The position numbers were made by a program, and so were the translations under genes. Positions 17,328 through 33,240 of a stretch of DNA of 64,000 bases are shown piece by piece. The first letter of the stretch is position 1. Each line of letters begins with the position of its first letter. Location of the stretch: assembly GCA_964016885.1 (NCBI GenBank), contig OZ024742.1, forward strand, positions 311,674,001 to 311,738,000. Direction: 5' to 3'. Origin of the DNA: Eledone cirrhosa. Taxonomy: Eukaryota. Under the pieces are notes generated by a model. It had not been told where the DNA came from. It searched no databases and saw nothing but the letters and a program-made list of their open reading frames with translations.

Positions 17328-20016
17328 AGATAAATCTACCAAAATATACGGTAGTGTCCAATCCGTATGAAGAACTCAATGTAATCCAAATATCATGAAA
17401 AGAGAAGATGCATTCAAAAATTTTCGATGATAATCACAGGAAAACAGAGTCAAGATAAATTAATAAAAACAATGAATAAAAACAAGTTCCTTATATTAAA
17501 AAATTCATCATTTTACGATCGTTTCTAGGATATATATGTGTGTTGGTATGTATATCATATAGATCTATGTAAAAATATTACAAACTATCAGAGGAAATAT
17601 ACATACCTTCACATATATATGCTGTCTTCAGAAATAATTGTTTCTACTATTGGCACAAGGCCAGCGATTACCCAGTACATTACTGGTACTTTATTTTATC
17701 GACCCCGTAAGGATGAAAGGCAAAGTTAACCTCGGCGGGATTTGAACTCAGAATGGCAAGGGTCGTAACTCTATGCGTCAAAGCATGGCGTCCGACCCTC
17801 TACCGATACTGCCAATTCACCGTTAGAAATAATGATATTTGTTTATTGAAAAAAAAAAACAACAAAGATTTAATATAATATGTTTGTTTGGGAACAGGTT
17901 TTGAATTGACCAATAGAAAAGTAGTAAGAGGTCAAGTTGATAGAATATTAGTAGTAGAAATTTAATTTAGGGGTAGAGGAATGCAGACTTAAGTTTTGAA
18001 TGGGACTTAAGCTTTGAATGAAAAGAATACTTTGGGGATGAAAAGAGGTCAAGCCGGTGAGGGGTACACGAACTGTTGATGTTATTAAAGAAAAATGTTA
18101 ATGTTAAAACCGAAGCAGAGTAAAATTTTAGGGTAAAGGTATTAGTGAGAAATACCAATCTTATTTAAAACACAAGGAATTTAGATCTATAACAAGAAAT
18201 TAAATTAATTGATAGGTATACTTATAGGGATAAGCGAAGGAAAATAAAATTTTGGGATAAGTGTAGTAGTGAGAAATACCAATCTTATATAGACTACAAG
18301 GAATCTAGATTCATAACAGGAAATTAAATTAATTTATATGTATACTTTTAGGTATTAATTTTAGGAAAAGAGAGCTGTAAGAGGGAAATAAAATTATGAA
18401 GTTCTCTGTAGTAAAGTACTAATTATAGGTTAACTAAATAAAAAAAACTAATTATAATAATATGTAAAATATAAGTGTAAGGTGTATATTAATTAGGTTT
18501 ATAATATTTGAAAGTTCTTCTAATTCTATGATTGCAAGATATAATTAATTCTTGTCGCTTATTTAATAGGATATCTTTAGATTTCATTATTTCAAAAAGT
18601 TCCTGGGAGCATAATCTACACTTATATCTGTTATTTTGATAAGGGCTGGCCCTTTTGAGCACACTCCAGGTTGTAATCGATATTCTTTTTTCTATAATTA
18701 TTAATTGTTTCAGCCAAGGATGTTGTATTAGCTAATGCGGCATTTTAAAAACTATGTTTGTGGGTATTAAATCTTACTTTACATTGGTTAGACGTAGCTC
18801 CTATATATGAATAAGTTGAGTCCTTAGTGCTAATTTTACATTTATATACTATGTTATTAATAAGACAATTTGCCTTTAATGGGCAATTTCTTTTGTTTCT
18901 ACAGTTTTTGAAATAATGAAATCTAAGGATATCCTATTAAATAAGCGACAAGAATTAATTATATCTTGCAATCATAGAATTAGAAGAACTTTCAAATATT
19001 ATAAACCTAATTAATATACACCTTACACTTATATTTTACATATTATTATAATTAGTTTTTTTAATTTTGTTAATCTATAATTAGTACTTTACTACAGAAA
19101 ACTTCATAATTTTATTTCCCTCCTACAGCTCTCTTTTCCAAAAATTAATACCTAAAAGTATACATATAAATTAATTTATTTTCCTGTTATGAATCTAGAT
19201 TCCTTGTAGTCTATATAAGATTGGTATTTCTCACTACTACACTTATCCCAAAATTTTATTTTCCTTCGTTTTTAACAACATTCTTTAATAACATCTAACT
19301 CTTATTTATCACATCCATATGAATTAATATAAATTTATCCCTATAAGTATACCTATCAATTAATTTAATTTCTTGTTATAGATCTAAATTCCTTGTGTTT
19401 TAAATAAGATTGGTATTTCTCACTAATACCTTTACCCTAAAATTTTACTCTGCTTCGGTTTTAACATTAACATTTTTCTTTAATAACATCAAATTTTCGT
19501 GTACCCTTCACCGGCTTGACCTCTTTTCATCCCCAAAGTATTCTTTTCATTCAAAGTATTCTTCCCATTCAAAACTTAAGTCTGCATTCCTCTACCCCTA
19601 AATTAAATTTCTACTACTACTATTCTATCAACTTGGCCTCTTACTAATTTTCTATTGGTCAATTCAAAACCTGTTCCCAAACAAACCTATTATATTAAAT
19701 ATTTTTTTTTTTTTTTCAATAAACAAATATCATTATTTCTGTGACTTTGCCTTTCATCCTTACGGGGTCGATAAAATAAAGTACCAGTAATGCACTGGGT
19801 AATTGCTGGCCTTGTGCCTAAAGTAGAAACAATTATTTCTGAAGACAGCATATATATGTGAAGGTATGTATATTTCCTCTGATAGTTTGTAATATTTTTA
19901 CATAGATCTATATGATATACATACCAACACACATATATATCCTAGAAACGATCGTAAAATGATGAATTTTTTAATATAAGGAACTTGTTCTTTGTTTTTA
20001 TTCATTGTCTTTATGA

Positions 20017-20022
<6 letters not shown>
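17325..20022 (-). mobile_element. 2.7-kb fold-back Hydra-type PLE remnant carrying a SINE; HHR at 17508-17637(-) and 19833-19962(+)
   Basis: Minus strand ~18560-18905 translates NCRNKRNCPLKANCLINNIVYKCKI..YSYIGATS. HHR reads TTATTT-CTGAAGA-(~100-nt stem II)-GAAA-CGATCG-TA-AAATGA. Confidence 0.8.
17640..17823 (-). mobile_element. tRNA-derived SINE inserted in a PLE 3' UTR
   Basis: Same family as 711-888; AGAAATAAT duplicated on both sides; a head-less version lies in the mirror arm at 19741-19830. Confidence 0.85.
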
Positions 20023-20075
<53 letters not shown>

Positions 20076-20082
<7 letters not shown>

Positions 20083-21008
20083 GACGTAAAATAAGAAAAT
20101 ATCTTTTTAAAAAAAATTTTTAAAAAAATTTTTTACTTACTTAAATTTTCACTCCAACTAATTAGTTTCTGCAATGGGATAAAGACAGTTACGTAATCCA
20201 ACTGTCGAGAATTCATTGCGTCATCAGGGAGTCTATTCTCAGTTAAGTCTCCAGGCAATGCGCGGACACTGGCGGCTCATATAAAAATAATAATAATAAT
20301 TCGGTAGATCGAACAGCTTGCGAGGACTGGATTCTATGTACCGAAATTCTCACTGCTTCAAGTCAAATGGCCGATTCTAAAGAATCAATCACGTGACACA
20401 GAGGCTAGTTAGAAGGAATGGGATGGTAAGATGACTGACGCCTACTAACACCCCCAAAAAAATTTTTTTAGAAGTGGGTCGAGCAAACTTGTCAAAACCA
20501 CTTCTAAAAAAATTTTTTTGGGGGTGTTAGTAGGCGTCAGTCATCTTACCATCCCATTCCTTCTAACTAGCCTCTGTGTCACGTGATTGATTCTTTAGAA
20601 TCGGCCATTTGACTTGAAGCAGTGAGAATTTCGGTACATAGAATCCAGTCCTCGCAAGCTGTTCGATCTACCGAATTATTATTATTTTTATATGAGCCGC
20701 CAGTGTCCGCGCATTGCCTGGAGACTTAACTGAGAATAGACTCCCTGATGACGCAATGAATTCTCGACAGTTGGATTACGTAACTGTCTTTATCCCATTG
20801 CAGAAACTAATTAGTTGGAGTGAAAATTTAAGTAAGTAAAAAATTTTTTAAAAAATTTTTTTTAAAAAGATATTTTCTTATTTTACGTCCTCTATATTAT
20901 TGTTCTGCATTCTCCTGCATTGAACCACCTAGGTACTATGACATAACCTGTGTATTTGCTGGCATTGGCGGGCATCTGTGCGCTTATGTTAGTTGATATA
21001 TTAAATTA

Positions 21009-21011
<3 letters not shown>
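20076..21011 (+). mobile_element. Fold-back PLE-end insertion with HHR at 20740-20821(+) and mirror copy
   Basis: ~400-bp near-perfect arms; ACTCC-CTGATGA-CGCAATG..CATTGCA-GAAA-CTAATTAG-TT-GGAGT; ~115-nt tail on the right arm only. Confidence 0.85.
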
Positions 21012-22223
<1,212 letters not shown>

Positions 22224-23127
22224 TATATATATATATATGTATATATATACTTGGATTTTATTTTGTTGAAATTTGACACGGAAAAGCTGCTGCAAAAATG
22301 TCTTGATTTCAAATCTCGCCGAGGTTAGCTTTGCCTTTCATCCTTACGGGATGATAGAATAACGTACCAGTAATGCACTGGAATTTAATCCCCCCCCCCC
22401 CCAACAAAAAATGCCTTGTGTCTATAGTAGAAATAATTATGTATACACAAACACACACACATATATATATATCTGTACACACACATACATATATATATCT
22501 CCCATCTCCACATTTCTTGTGTGTATATATATGTGTGTATGTGTGTGTGTGTGCGTGTGTGTATGTGCGCGCGTGTGTGTATGTAGGGGGGGGGATTTGT
22601 TACATATCTACCAACTAGACACCTCCCTCATTCACCCTCCCAAGTTTAAAAAAAAAAACAAAACAAAAAAATAAAACTTTCCAACACAACCCACTTCGGT
22701 TATCTTTTCTTTATAAAAACGCCCTGCCTGAACATAGGCTGAATCCACCTTTTCTCCCGGTACACCAGCTATGTAAACTATACGACTGACTTCCAACGAA
22801 AGCATGTCAGATTGGCGCGTGCCGTGTAGAGAGACCAACAGATCCAGTTTCAAACTTTAAGCTTCTTTTCTTTTTAGTCTTTCTTTGTTTCTATTTCTGT
22901 TTCATACACAGCATAAGCTTATACTGACAAACCGGTTAACTGCTGTGTGATATGAATGGTGGTGGAGGTGGTGGAGGTGGGGTAACACACGTATATGTAT
23001 CTGTTAGATATACAAGCATGTGTATATGATTATGTCGATGACGGTGTGTGTGTGCGTGAGTTATGCGTGTACGTATGCTTAAATGCATGAAAAATACATT
23101 TACAGATATATACGCACACATACACGC

Positions 23128-23240
<113 letters not shown>

Positions 23241-23483
23241 AAGAAACAAGGTGCTGCGTGGTTACTTGATAAAGTGTATTTAGAAATAAAAGGAAAGCAC
23301 AAACGGGGGACAGTCCCTTCTTCAGTTGTCTGTTGGAGGTCACGGACATTTCAACGCATTCCTTATATCTATATATACATACATATATACATATATATAT
23401 ATACAAATATAAATTAGCGAGAATCGTATTTCGGCCATTGGAAATTAGCGAAAAACAACTTCTATATATATATATATATATAT

Positions 23484-23608
23484 AAAATTAAATCAAGGGT
23501 GTCATGTCTGAGAAACATGCGCCATATCCACTGCAGAATATGCTCAAAGATTCCAATGAATAGATCCGTGCATTTTATATCAACTAGAAATTGATTGACA
23601 TATATATA

Positions 23609-23685
<77 letters not shown>

Positions 23686-24106
23686 ACATATGAAACAAAT
23701 ACAGGGAATAATTTGTAAAGTGTGTAAGCACACACAGCTAGGTAGGTAACTAATTAAAGTTTAACTAGAACTTCAAATATAGATACCATTTAAAATGATT
23801 AATCTCCTTTGTATATATTTCATTAAATAAAGAAATATATTTCACCATCAATCTGTAAATCACAGCAGTTAAATCCCGGATGTTCATCAAAGGAGAAGAT
23901 TTGGTGAACATCCGGGATTTAACTGCTGTGATTTACAGATTGATGGTGAAATATATTTCTTTATTTAATGAAATATATACAAAGGAGATTAATAATTTTA
24001 AATGGTATCTATATTTGAATTTCTAGTTAAACTTTAATTAGTTACCTACCTAGCTGTGTGTGCTTACACACTTTACAAATTATTCCCTGTGATTGTTTCA
24101 TATGTT

Positions 24107-24181
<75 letters not shown>

Positions 24182-24422
24182 AACGAGTAGGACCCCGACG
24201 GCTGAGCTCAAGCCGTTTCGACGGCTAATTCTGGAGTCCAGAATTAGCCGTCGAAACGGCTCGAGCTCAGCCGTCGGGGTCCTACTCGTTCCTATTACCC
24301 ACTCTACTACCCTAAGTATTGAGTACTTTGGTGCGTTATGGTCCATCTGGTTCCTTACCACATTTCCTTCGTTATATATATAGATATATATATATATGTG
24401 TCAATCAATTTCTAGTTGATAT
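23484..24422 (-). mobile_element. Fold-back element with degenerate HHR, interrupted by a younger insertion
   Basis: Arms at 23680-23892 and 23900-24113; TGATGA-ACATC..GATGGT-GAAA-TATA-TT; the outer arm segment resumes at 24397-24422. Confidence 0.6.
24179..24373 (+). mobile_element. Mini fold-back of the family-B pLTR
   Basis: Direct arm AGTCCAGAATTAGCCG...CATTTCCTTCG matches 38991-39127; inverted arm at 24179-24235. Confidence 0.85.
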
Positions 24423-24556
24423 ATATATATATATATATATTAATATGTGTAGAAGTAAACAGTAAACCCATGTCTAAAATTACGAGGTTAGATTACACTA
24501 CAGTGTATCTATATGAGTTAATAACTCTATATTTTATTTGTATATATATATATATA

Positions 24557-24750
24557 TATTTAATATAGAAAAGGATTCTACAGGACTAGAACAGTTTCAT
24601 TCGGGAGAAATCATCAGGGCTTCTTGATGATTTCTCCCGAATGAAACAGTTCTAGTCCTGTAGAAGCCTTTTCTATATTAAATATCTATACTCTGCTTTG
24701 TATTGAGTACCTTACTTACTGTGGTTATCCCCGATTGAACCCGGGATAAA

Positions 24751-24752
<2 letters not shown>
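24557..24752 (+). mobile_element. Mini fold-back with HHR core
   Basis: (C/T)TGATGA-TTTC-tccc-GAAT-GAAAC..GTC on both arms; tail TACTC..ATTGAGTA; a tail copy lies at 28178-28270(-). Confidence 0.65.
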
Positions 24753-24824
<72 letters not shown>

Positions 24825-24846
24825 CATATATATATATATATATATA

Positions 24847-27800
24847 CGATATTAAATAAATGGAAACTATATTTATAAAACCATATTTATTTCATTATAT
24901 ATATTTCAGGGATATCATATTAACAATATGTTATGCCTTCTTCAGACAAAATACAATATAGACAGTTTTATAAATAAATAGATTTGACATACCGTTCAAC
25001 ATCGACTTGTATTTGAAAAGTTGATTTGGCAGTGAAAAATTGTAAACAGAAAGAAAGAAAGAAAGAAGGAAAGAAAGAAAGAAAACGAAGAAAAAGAAGA
25101 AATGCATGCAACTAAATAGAGAGATGGAAAGATAGATAAAGAGAAGAACTTCATGTAAAGAAACAGAGAGAGATATATAGAGAGTGGAAATAGATAGAGA
25201 TAGATATATATATAGAGAAAAGTAGGTAGTTGAACATCCGTTGAATGACGTATCAATGATACATTTATTTATTTATTTATTTATTTAGCTCTAGTATTAA
25301 TGTAAGGGAGATATATGTGGTTAGGAGAGAAACCAGCCGTTATATATAGAGAAAAAATGAAAAGTAGCCAGACATAGGCGAGGCAGAATTTAAAAACCCT
25401 ATGTTTCAATGTAGAAATATTAGTTCGTATAAAAAACAGGCACTATAATGTAAATATCAGTATTCATGAATGAGACACGTATCTATAATGTGTGAAAAGT
25501 AATGATCTTATGTCTAGTTTTAAAAATTCATGTTTATATGATAACTACAAACATCGATGTGAATTTACGTGATCAACTCTGCAAACTCCTATTTCACACG
25601 GAGAACATTCTCATTGTGCTATAAAAATTTAAGTATACATATATGTGTATATATACACATATATATAGAGTCTATATTAATTTTAACAATACTATTCTTG
25701 TCTTTACTCTACATGATTATCTATCAAGCAGAAATAGAGAACAGATTTCAATATATTAATAAAAATATCAGAAACAAAAACAAAAAATAAAAAATAATAA
25801 TAAATAAATAAAACAAAAACTAAAAAATATTACATATTAAAAATAAAAATATTAAAAAATATTAAAATAATAAAAATAAAAACATATTATGCCACGCAAA
25901 TCGACCACAAAGATCAACCCTTCAAAATTAATTGACAATATATTGCCAAGTTCATTATAAGCATCAGAGTCGAAAACAGATAAAACTAAAAATTATTTAC
26001 CAAATCACGTCTAGCAGAAATCATTTCAAAAGTTTAGGATACCCATTTGGTCTACATATGTTCTTATATTTAATATAGAAGTTTATCTAGTGTAACATTT
26101 ATTCGATATATTTGGAGCATCAACTTTTAGGGTAGTTTAATTTTTCATGAAGAATGTTTAAAATAAAAATAAAAAGAAGAGTAAATAGAAGAAATCGAAA
26201 GATTTATCGGCTAGTTTCATAAATAATTACAAATCAAACTAAATATATTACATTTTAAATTTAAATTTATATTTAAAAGTTGAGTTCAATCTATGTTTGC
26301 AGCAACTGAATAAATTTGTCCGTAGATTAAGGGAATTTTTAGATTTTAGTATAAAGAATATCTCCTCCGCTCAGAGGTCACATGTCTCGGAGGATGAATT
26401 AAAAGGAATCCCTCTTGAGACTATATTCCAAGCCGTCGAATATCTAACGTTATCTTGCCTAAGTTGCCAGAGTACGCCTGATAGTGCTGTTGAAGATTTT
26501 TTGCTTGGATCTGTGAAAGAATTATTGTGGTTATTATAGCGAAGTTTAAATTCCGTCGATGTGGAACCAACGTAGTTAAAAGAATTAGAGTCCGTTTTAA
26601 CATTACAGTTGTATATTATATTTTTAACTAAGCAGTTGTTATTTAACGGACATTTAGATCTATCTCTACAGTTACATTTGTTAACTTGTATATTATTTAT
26701 GCTATTATCGCTAGGTTTTAAGTTCCTATTATTTATTCTATTAATATTTTGTGCTAAATTTTTGGTGGATGAGTAGGTTAATTTTATAGTATGTCTATTG
26801 AAAATTGAGTGATACCTATGTGTTCTAGGGAAGCGATTATCAAGAGCTTTAAAAAATAGTTTAGCGATGTGGGTTTTAATGTTTAGTGAGAAAGGGGAGG
26901 CAAACCATATTATATTCCTAGTTCTATTTCTTTTTTGGCTTTTGGAATTATTGTAATGCTTTCTATTATAGTTGTTAAGGTTGTGGCCGTAATTCAAATA
27001 GTTGTTATTTTGTTTAGTTTGTCTATCATTATCTATGTACATAATTTTATCACTATATCCTGCTCTAGCTAACGCTTCATTGTAGTACTGGGCTTTTTCG
27101 TCGAAAATCTTTCTATTAGACGAGATTCTAGAGATACGTTTTTGAACAGAGTTTACTATAGTATTTTTACTATTTTATAGAGTTGATCACGTAAATTCAC
27201 ATCGATGTTTGTAGTTATCATATAAACATATGAATTTTTAAAACTAGACATAAGATCATTACTTTTCACACATTATAGATACGTGTCTCATTCATGAATA
27301 CTGATATTTACATTATAGTGCCTGTTTTTTATACGAACTAATATTTCTACATTGAAACATAGGGTTTTTAAATTCTGCCTCGCCTATGTCTGGCTACTTT
27401 TCATTTTTTCTCTATATATAACGGCTGGTTTCTCTCCTAACCACATATATCTCCCTTACATTAATACTAGAGCTAAATAAATAAATAAATAAATAAATGT
27501 ATCATTGATACGTCATTCAACGGATGTTCAACTACCTACTTTTCTCTATATATATATCTATCTCTATCTATTTCCACTCTCTATATATCTCTCTCTGTTT
27601 CTTTACATGAAGTTCTTCTCTTTATCTATCTTTCCATCTCTCTATTTAGTTGCATGCATTTCTTCTTTTTCTTCGTTTTCTTTCTTTCTTTCCTTCTTTC
27701 TTTCTTTCTTTCTGTTTACAATTTTTCACTGCCAAATCAACTTTTCAAATACAAGTCGATGTTGAACGGTATGTCAAATCTATTTATTTATAAAACTGTC

Positions 27801-28000
27801 TATATTGTATTTTGTCTGAAGAAGGCATAACATATTGTTAATATGATATCCCTGAAATATATATAATGAAATAAATATGGTTTTATAAATATAGTTTCCA
27901 TTTATTTAATATCGTAAATATACTCCAAATACTTGTTGAGTGCTTTTATATCAGTTATAAATATTTACTAGTTGTAACCCAACAATTTAAATATAACTTT

Positions 28001-28003
<3 letters not shown>
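24847..28003. mobile_element. Hydra-type PLE remnant with long inverted arm; HHR at 27808-27873(+) and mirror copy
   Basis: Minus-strand RT-thumb/EN at ~26256-27160 (CNCRDRSKCPLNNNC, YVGSTS); ~730-bp arms at 24847-25581 and 27176-27915. Confidence 0.85.
26256..27160 (-). pseudogene. PLE polyprotein 3' fragment (GIY-YIG), premature stop at 26371
   Basis: IIWFASPF, CxCx5Cx5C, NIIYNC..YVGST..FKLRYNNH. Confidence 0.85.
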
Positions 28004-28056
<53 letters not shown>

Positions 28057-28097
28057 AAACAGGGTATTAATATGTGTTATTAACTCTGCCTTTTATT

Positions 28098-28180
<83 letters not shown>

Positions 28181-28280
28181 TTTATCCTTGGTTCAATTAG
28201 GGGTAACCACAGTAAATAAGATACTCAATACAAAGCAGAGTATAGATATTTGATATAGAATAGGCTTCTATGTGTGTGTA

Positions 28281-28322
<42 letters not shown>

Positions 28323-28916
28323 ATACATAATACTTAATACATTTATGCCCTAGATAGATAGATATGTGTTTGTGTGTGTGTGTGTGTCTATGTGTCTGCG
28401 CGCACGCACGTGTGTATGGGGGTATGAGGGTATGTGTGTGTGCGTGTGCGTGTGCGTCTGCGTGTGTATGTAGGTGTGTGGGTGTGCGCATGTAGACATG
28501 TATGTATAAATAAGTGTGTATACCTGATCCCCAATACTTACTAACTCTGTATATATATGCATAAGGAAAGTATATACTTTCAGACGTTCAACCATCTGGC
28601 AGGAAGGTATACGAGAGCTAATAAGCTTGAAACTAGTACATCGTTCCTGTGTCAGTGTTGAACAAAAAGGTGACGTGGTTGCCTAAACACTGTACGGCGT
28701 AATTCTGGCTGTTTGTTTGTTTACCAACAAACCGAGCATTATAATAAATGTTCGGTAAACCGATACGTGCATATATATATGTGTGCATGTATGTATATAT
28801 ATACATACTACTGTACGTCTGTATACATATATGTATGTACGTATACATACATACTTACATTTAAGTAATGCCGTACTAAGAGTGAGAAATGAAATTTCGT
28901 TTCATTCTATACCATT

Positions 28917-28995
<79 letters not shown>

Positions 28996-29480
28996 AAAGG
29001 GGTAATGTGAGGAAGGGGAAGGAAGTGTGTTTGTGTATGTGATTTCATGCCTTTGTGTGAGGTGCCTGTGTGTATGAGTGCGTACAAGAGTTTATTACTA
29101 ACTGATGCTTACAGACGTTTTTCATTCTGTGGCTGCTTGGGTGTGTATGCCAGATGTGTGAGCGTAAGTGTGTATACCAGCGTGTGTGTGCGTATGCCAG
29201 CGTGTGTGTGCGTATGCCAGTGTGCGTGTCTATGTCAAAGTGTGCGTGTGTGCGTGAGCGCCGGGTGGATGGAGGTGGGTATGTGTGCTCGAGTGGAATG
29301 TTATAGCAGAAAGATTTACTAACAGTCAAAACAGATGTTAGCGCGTGCCTTAGACAACAACAACAACAGCAGTAGCAGCAGCGACAATAACAACAAGAAA
29401 ATGTTTATAGTCGGCTGAGAATTCGAAATTAAAACACACGAATTTAGTCATATACAATCATAAACAAAATCCATTAATCT

Positions 29481-29664
29481 GGCGGTGGATTGGCAGTATC
29501 GGTAGAGGGTCGGACGCCATGCTTTGACGTATAGAGTTACGGCCCTTGCCATTCTGAGTTCAAATCCCGCCGAGGTTAACTTTGCCTTTCATCCTTACGG
29601 GGTCGATAAAATAAAGTACCAGTAATGCACTGGGTATTTGCTGGCCTTGTGCCTAACGTAGAAA
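29481..29664 (+). mobile_element. tRNA-derived SINE with TSD
   Basis: A and B boxes as in 711-888; TSD CCATTAATCT at 29471 and 29665. Confidence 0.9.
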
Positions 29665-30647
29665 CCATTAATCTGGATACCTAAATATGGAATGTTACGC
29701 GATGCCCCCCCACCCCCACACACACACATACACAGCCCCGGCGGACAGGATGGAGGAGGCGTTCCCACGGAGGACGGCAAGGGAGACGCGCTGGAATAGT
29801 CATCCAACTCGCAGGGTTCACACCTGCGGCTGGCCAGCTCAGCGCCTAGGGCCTATGACATCAGAAGTCTCCAGGGGAGGTTTGTAGAGTTAGTAAGTAT
29901 TGGGGATCAGGTATACACACTTATTTATACATACATGTATTTCATGTATGTATACATGCACCCACCCACACACCCACATACACACGCACAGGCACACACC
30001 CCATACACACATGCGTGCGCGCACACACACATAGACACACATACACGCACACACAAACACATATCTATCTATCTAGGGCAGTTAAAATTCCCGATATGAG
30101 CTGATTCCATTGTAAAAGAATTCATTACCTTATTAATTTTAACTGCTCCTAGTTTGAGCTGCAAGCCGCCTCATATATACGACTGTTATTTCTAGCAGTA
30201 CGGTTATGAGACTAGTTAGATACTGTAAAACCATGTGCGTCACGCAGTCTTTTAAATTATTTAGAAGTGAAGCATATCAATTTGTCTCTGGATGTTTACT
30301 GAGGAGAGCGGGACATGATATTCCTACACTTATTTAACTCGAAACATATTTGGATCTTAAAGTTTAAACTTATCTACGGAACAGGTTTGATTTTGAAATT
30401 TAAATGTGTCTAAACATCACGGCCTCTTGGCAATACAGTTCGTCTTCGTTGATTTATTATTTTAAATCGATATGGACAAACTGTAGTATAATAATTAGTA
30501 TACTTCAATCTGGCTAAATTTTTCTTTTGCAATATATAAACAGATGTGTTGGTATCTGTGTTTCATCACATACATATTAATTTATACACTGCTCAGGGGG
30601 TAATTTCCTCCTTCGAGCTGATTCCATTGTAAAAGAATTCATTACCT

Positions 30648-30752
<105 letters not shown>

Positions 30753-30961
30753 CAACAAGGACGAATGGTTACTCCTTCATTACGTTTTTGGTTGGTGACG
30801 CACGTTTCACTATTGATCAGCTCAAGGTTCGATCTGTATCAATCTAGCCCGACTTGTATTATTATACTACACTCTGTCTAGCTCTACACCTCGATACCGA
30901 CGTGAACCTAAACATCGAGTACTCACCCGGGTGAATTTATAGTAACTCCGTGTTACACTCC

Positions 30962-30995
<34 letters not shown>

Positions 30996-32439
30996 GGAAA
31001 AAATGAAACGAATTTTCATTCCTCACTCTTAGTACGGCTGTTACTTAAATATAAGTATGTATACGTACATACATATATGTATACAGACGTACAGTAGTAT
31101 GTATGTATATATACGTACATGCACATATATATATATATGTACGTATGGATTCACCGAACATTTATTATAATGCTCGGTGTGTTTGTAAACAAACATCCCG
31201 AATTAAGCCGTACAGTGTCTAGCACCATCGTTGCTCATTTGTTCAACACTGAACATTAACGAAGAGATTAAAGGTAAAATTGGCCTCAGTGTTATTTGAT
31301 TTCTGAACATTTCGAAATTAAATATAACCAAATCTCCCTAAATCTCGCTCCACTCTCAAAATTTGAAGATGACTCATTGGGCTATTTACTCCCTCATATA
31401 AAACAAGACGAAATGGCCACGATGGGAATACCTTTAATCATAAGCCACTCTATCGTGGCTAGCCTAGGGACAAACAGAAGAGTGACAAAAAGAACACCAC
31501 CTTCTTCTTAGTCTTCTTTGAGACCACCACTACCACTTTAGCTAGTCTCAACGCCTTTGTTACCAATATCTAATCCAGATTACTATTGTAATCTCCCCCA
31601 GTCATCCACCATCACCAACATCTCCATTAGTAACTAACATTACCACTTCCACCATATCTAACACAATCACAACTATCACTATAATCACATCATCACAACT
31701 GCCTTTAAAATTTCACATTCTCCCCTACAAACTTTACCAGGATTACTACTAGCTACACCCCTATCTCCCTATCATTGGGATCCCGACTCACCACCAATCT
31801 TCCATAAAATACCTTCGCCTATCCTCTCTTTAACAATAACATCAACGCCATCATCATTACTATTATCAATATATCTTGAACCAGCTTCACACTTAGCTCT
31901 CTACAATACACTTCATTAAGTTCCCATAAAACATCGGAGCCATTCTATGAGAAACACTGAAAATAGTTTACCATATTAAGGAGAAATCTCGCTATCTGTT
32001 TCCGTTGACTTTGACATGTTGTTAGTGTTTTTAGTATAGCTGTTATTGTTACAATAGCTTGCGCTGCTGCGATTGTTGTTGATGGAAACATGAAGTGGCA
32101 AGAGATTGAGTTTCATTACGTGACTGGAGTGTAAAGTATATTATAGCGTTTTCTGGTTTGTCTTTGGGTAATATGGTTTAAGGAAACTAAAAATAAATTA
32201 CATTGAAGTAGTTTATTGTATGACTGTAATGTTGTTGTTCTTCAGTCTCAGGTCAGTCCTGATCCAGCAGACTTATGATCAAAGGTTTCCCGGTTGTGAA
32301 CATAGTCTTGGACTATATTCTGGAATGAGTTCTACTTTTTAAAGACAATATGGAGGTATTTGTGAGATGTATGGCTGTTGTTGTATATGACTGCTTTAGG
32401 CCAGCTCTAATAGAAAATTCTATGATCGAAGCATCCAAC

Positions 32440-33240
32440 TGGTGCGTATACTCAGTGTGTCCGAGCAGGCCACACACCACACATTCGTGAACCGGCATTC
32501 CTCCACCTCTGATGCCAGCTCAAAGCGTTTACGCGACCTTTTAATCGCCAAACTCATCGCCGGCTTCACCAGCACCGTCTGCCATGTTTTCGATCGGCAT
32601 CACAACTCCACAACGGTGTTTGGCTCAACGCAGTACTATAATTTGCGACTGAAATTCAACTCGACAGCGACTGCTTGCACATCGGTGTTTCCCCTGAAAC
32701 TAGGCCTCAGGGTCTGTGAGCCTCACAAATGTCGTTGTGGATCTATTGAATTTTTTAGGTCTCCACTCACTGCCATGCCGTTATAGTGCTGGCTGCCTCC
32801 CACGCCAGGCTTCCCTTCCCAGCTCGAGCTAGCGAGGCTGGGACGAGGGGACGGTAAAAGACCAGACGGCATGACAGTCTTTCCATTCCGCGCGGGTAGG
32901 CCCCTCATTTTGGATGCCATATGTTGTGACACCTCCTCCGGTAGCAACCTGATGTGTTCGGCTACCAGCCTAGGCTTCGCTACCCAATAAGCTGTTGAGG
33001 GCAAGCTGTCAAAGTATCTCTGACAGGTTTGTGGCTGAACCTGTGGCAGTGGGAACTTTCGGAGTTCTTGGCCGCCGGACCACATTCCTGCTTACTGCTA
33101 TCGGAGCAGAGCTGGCTACCTGCAAGTGCGAGTCCAACGAGGTGAAGTGACTGTTCCAGCGTGTTTCCCTCGCAGCCCTCCTCCGCGGCAGTATCTTCTC
33201 CATACTATCGGCCGAGACCACGAGGATGACTGTCCCTTAA
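32440..33240 (+). pseudogene. Degenerate CRE-like non-LTR retrotransposon C-terminus (restriction-like endonuclease)
   Basis: Translated pieces CEPHKCRCG, GKRPDGMTVFPFRAGRPLILD, KLSKY, PVAVGTFG, LFQRVSLA; a related fragment lies at ~29740-29850(-). Confidence 0.65.

Noticed and set aside
31260-32040. Possible degenerate gag/ORF1 on the minus strand
   Set aside because: Only a weak Cys/His hint among many stop codons; not supportable without a search.
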